Below, in pieces: positions 15,926 through 17,767 of a DNA stretch of 17,767 bases; position 1 is the stretch's first letter, and the number at the start of each line of letters is the position of its first letter. The notes under the pieces are model-generated. The model had not been told where the DNA came from. It did not search any database and saw nothing but the letters and a program-made list of their open reading frames with translations. The DNA comes from Candidatus Rifleibacteriota bacterium (GTDB lineage: Bacteria > Muiribacteriota > Ozemobacteria > Ozemobacterales > Ozemobacteraceae): assembly GCA_051747585.1 (NCBI GenBank), contig JBNJGH010000071.1:1-17767 (forward strand), written 5' to 3'. A program made the translations under genes and the position numbers.

Positions 15926-16918
15926 TTACAGCTTTTTTATCTGTTTTATTATTTTTGTGCAACTTTCTTCGGGAATGCTGGCACCGGTGTGCTGTACCGC
16001 TTCACAACCTACAATTGAGCCAATTTTTCCGCAAGTTTCAAGAGGATAACCCTTTACAAAACCATATAAAAAGCCCGATGCCCAAAGGTCACCTGCTCCG
16101 GTGGAGTCAATAACTTTCTCAGCCTTTTCCGGTGCAATAATATATTTTTTGTTGCCCTGTTTAATTATCGAACCATCTTTACCCAGTTTAATGGCAACGA
16201 TGTCGCAACTTTGCGCTAAGAGATCAAGAGCCTTGTCATGGTTGTTTTCTCCCAGGTAGGCGGCGGCTTCTTCTCCATTTGCAAAGACAAGATCAACATA
16301 ATTTTTGATTAAATCAGGAAGAATGTCCATTGCTCCTTTAACTATTTCAAATGAACCAAGGTCAAGGCTTATGCTACAGCCTGAATTTTTGGCCTCTTTT
16401 AAAATATGGGGCAATAATTCTCGGTTAAATATCAGATAACCTTCAATATGAAGATGTTTACAACCATTAAAATCTTTGGCGGTAATTGAAGCGGGATCGA
16501 GTTGGGATGCTGCACCCAGATAAGTTCTCATTGTACGTTCAGCATCCGGAGTAATCATACTTAAGCAATGAGCTGTGGAATACTCTGAATTGCTTTTGAA
16601 TCTGCTGCAATCACAACCTCCAGCTAAAAAGCTGTCTTTGTAAAATACAGCATTCTCATCCTGTCCCAGCATTCCAAGAAAAGTTGTTTGTGCGCCAAGT
16701 TTTGCAAGATTCAAAATAGTGTTTGCAGCAGCTCCGCCGGGGGCACTATATTTTTCGCCTGGCAATTTTGCTATTAAAGACTGAATATACTCATGGTCAA
16801 CCAGTTTCATTCCGCCCTTTTCACCGCTGATTTCTTTTAAAAAATCATCTGGAATAAAGGATAATGTATCTACTATTGGTGAGCCCACGCCAATTACTTC
16901 AAATTCAGTGTTTGTCAT
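15926..16918 (-). CDS. PfkB/ribokinase-family sugar or nucleoside kinase (adenosine kinase-like)
   Basis: GSPIVD, PGGAAAN, ERTMRTYLGA, FANGEEA, KLGKDGS and the PfkB signature DSTGAGD. Confidence 0.92.
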   Translation of the reverse strand: MTNTEFEVIGVGSPIVDTLSFIPDDFLKEISGEKGGMKLVDHEYIQSLIAKLPGEKYSAPGGAAANTILNLAKLGAQTTFLGMLGQDENAVFYKDSFLAGGCDCSRFKSNSEYSTAHCLSMITPDAERTMRTYLGAASQLDPASITAKDFNGCKHLHIEGYLIFNRELLPHILKEAKNSGCSISLDLGSFEIVKGAMDILPDLIKNYVDLVFANGEEAAAYLGENNHDKALDLLAQSCDIVAIKLGKDGSIIKQGNKKYIIAPEKAEKVIDSTGAGDLWASGFLYGFVKGYPLETCGKIGSIVGCEAVQHTGASIPEESCTKIIKQIKKL

Positions 16919-17043
16919 TTAACTGTTTCCTTTACTAAGATTTTCATGGAAAGTTGATTCTATCAATTTTTTCTTTGAGAATACACTTCTTTATTGTGAA
17001 AAATTTGTTCACTTCAGATTATTTCAGAAAAAAGAGTGCGGGT

Positions 17044-17634
17044 CTAGATTACCAGAGACCAGGTTGAAAGCTGCCAGTTCTTTAAAATGGCTGATGGATA
17101 AATCACCATTAAAACGTTAACCATAAGACTGTCTCGTATTAAGAAAATCAGGGCGATTTCTATAGCCAGAAAAATAATTATGCTAGTTTTGATTGAAATT
17201 TTTCTGGCGATTATGAATCCAACCAGACAAATAGCAATATCGCTTAAAGAATTAATAATGCTGTCTCCATAATAGCCCTGGGCAAAAGTTGCCAGGCGAT
17301 AATAATCTATTACTGCCTGAGAATTTTCGGTTATTTCCCAGGCAGATTCAAAGGCTACGGCATATAATAAACACCAGGCCAGACTAAGTTTGGGTTTGAA
17401 ATATATTAAAATCCAATAGAAAATAAAACCGTGAAGAAAATGAGTAAAGCTGTAAGGGTCTAAAAGGTGCTGAGATGTCTGCGGGCCATTTGCCGAGCCA
17501 TACCATAGCTGCAGACTGCCATCGGGCGCAAGCCAGCTTCGCCCCATAATCCGAAGAACTATAATTGTTGATATGATTATTAAAATAATCAATATTACAG
17601 CTCTGATTGAAGTTTTTCTATCTGTTAAAAACAT
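17044..17634 (-). CDS. DUF2585-family membrane protein
   Basis: SQHLLDPYSFTHFLHGFIFY, WEITENS and YYGDSIINSLSD motifs. Several hydrophobic helices. Confidence 0.8.
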   Translation of the reverse strand: MFLTDRKTSIRAVILIILIIISTIIVLRIMGRSWLAPDGSLQLWYGSANGPQTSQHLLDPYSFTHFLHGFIFYWILIYFKPKLSLAWCLLYAVAFESAWEITENSQAVIDYYRLATFAQGYYGDSIINSLSDIAICLVGFIIARKISIKTSIIIFLAIEIALIFLIRDSLMVNVLMVIYPSAILKNWQLSTWSLVI

Positions 17635-17767
17635 TTCACTCCAACTGTATCCATAAAATCCTCAGTATAAATTCTAACACAGAAAAAGAAATCAGGCATC
17701 TACCTGTTGAGGTCGGAGCATGGGACTTGCTTAGTAGATCGTTTTAGTTTATAATCACCATTGACAG

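Noticed and set aside
17700..17767. Possible 3' end of an upstream - strand gene (VNGDYKLKRSTKQVPCSDLNR*)
   Set aside because: Only 21 codons are visible at the window edge, so the frame cannot be established.

Overview
Bacterial chromosomal window, moderately AT-rich, with 12 credible CDSs. These are a secreted di-haem cytochrome c of the CcP/MauG superfamily, a uracil-DNA-glycosylase-superfamily protein, a clostripain-like (C11) peptidase, a short antitoxin-like gene, a CatA-type acetyltransferase, an MdlA/MdlB-like heterodimeric ABC exporter, a HEXXH metallopeptidase lipoprotein, an S9 oligopeptidase, a small PLDc_N-like membrane protein, trxB, a PfkB kinase and a DUF2585 protein. The genes look mostly ordinary. 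The unusual part is the intergenic DNA, which holds three unrelated families of structured, non-autonomous palindromic elements. Family A has 3 copies of about 215 bp, each with a 32-bp hairpin whose sequence differs between copies while both arms change together. Family B has 2 copies of nested REP-like doublets with compensatory changes and complementary loops. Family C is a single MITE-like element with CAGGGC termini. No transposase or nuclease that could mobilise them lies in the window. An AT-rich islet (about 4440-5810) carries what looks like a toxin-antitoxin locus with the toxin deleted, plus the cat-like gene. Family names come from motif recognition only; no database searches were run.
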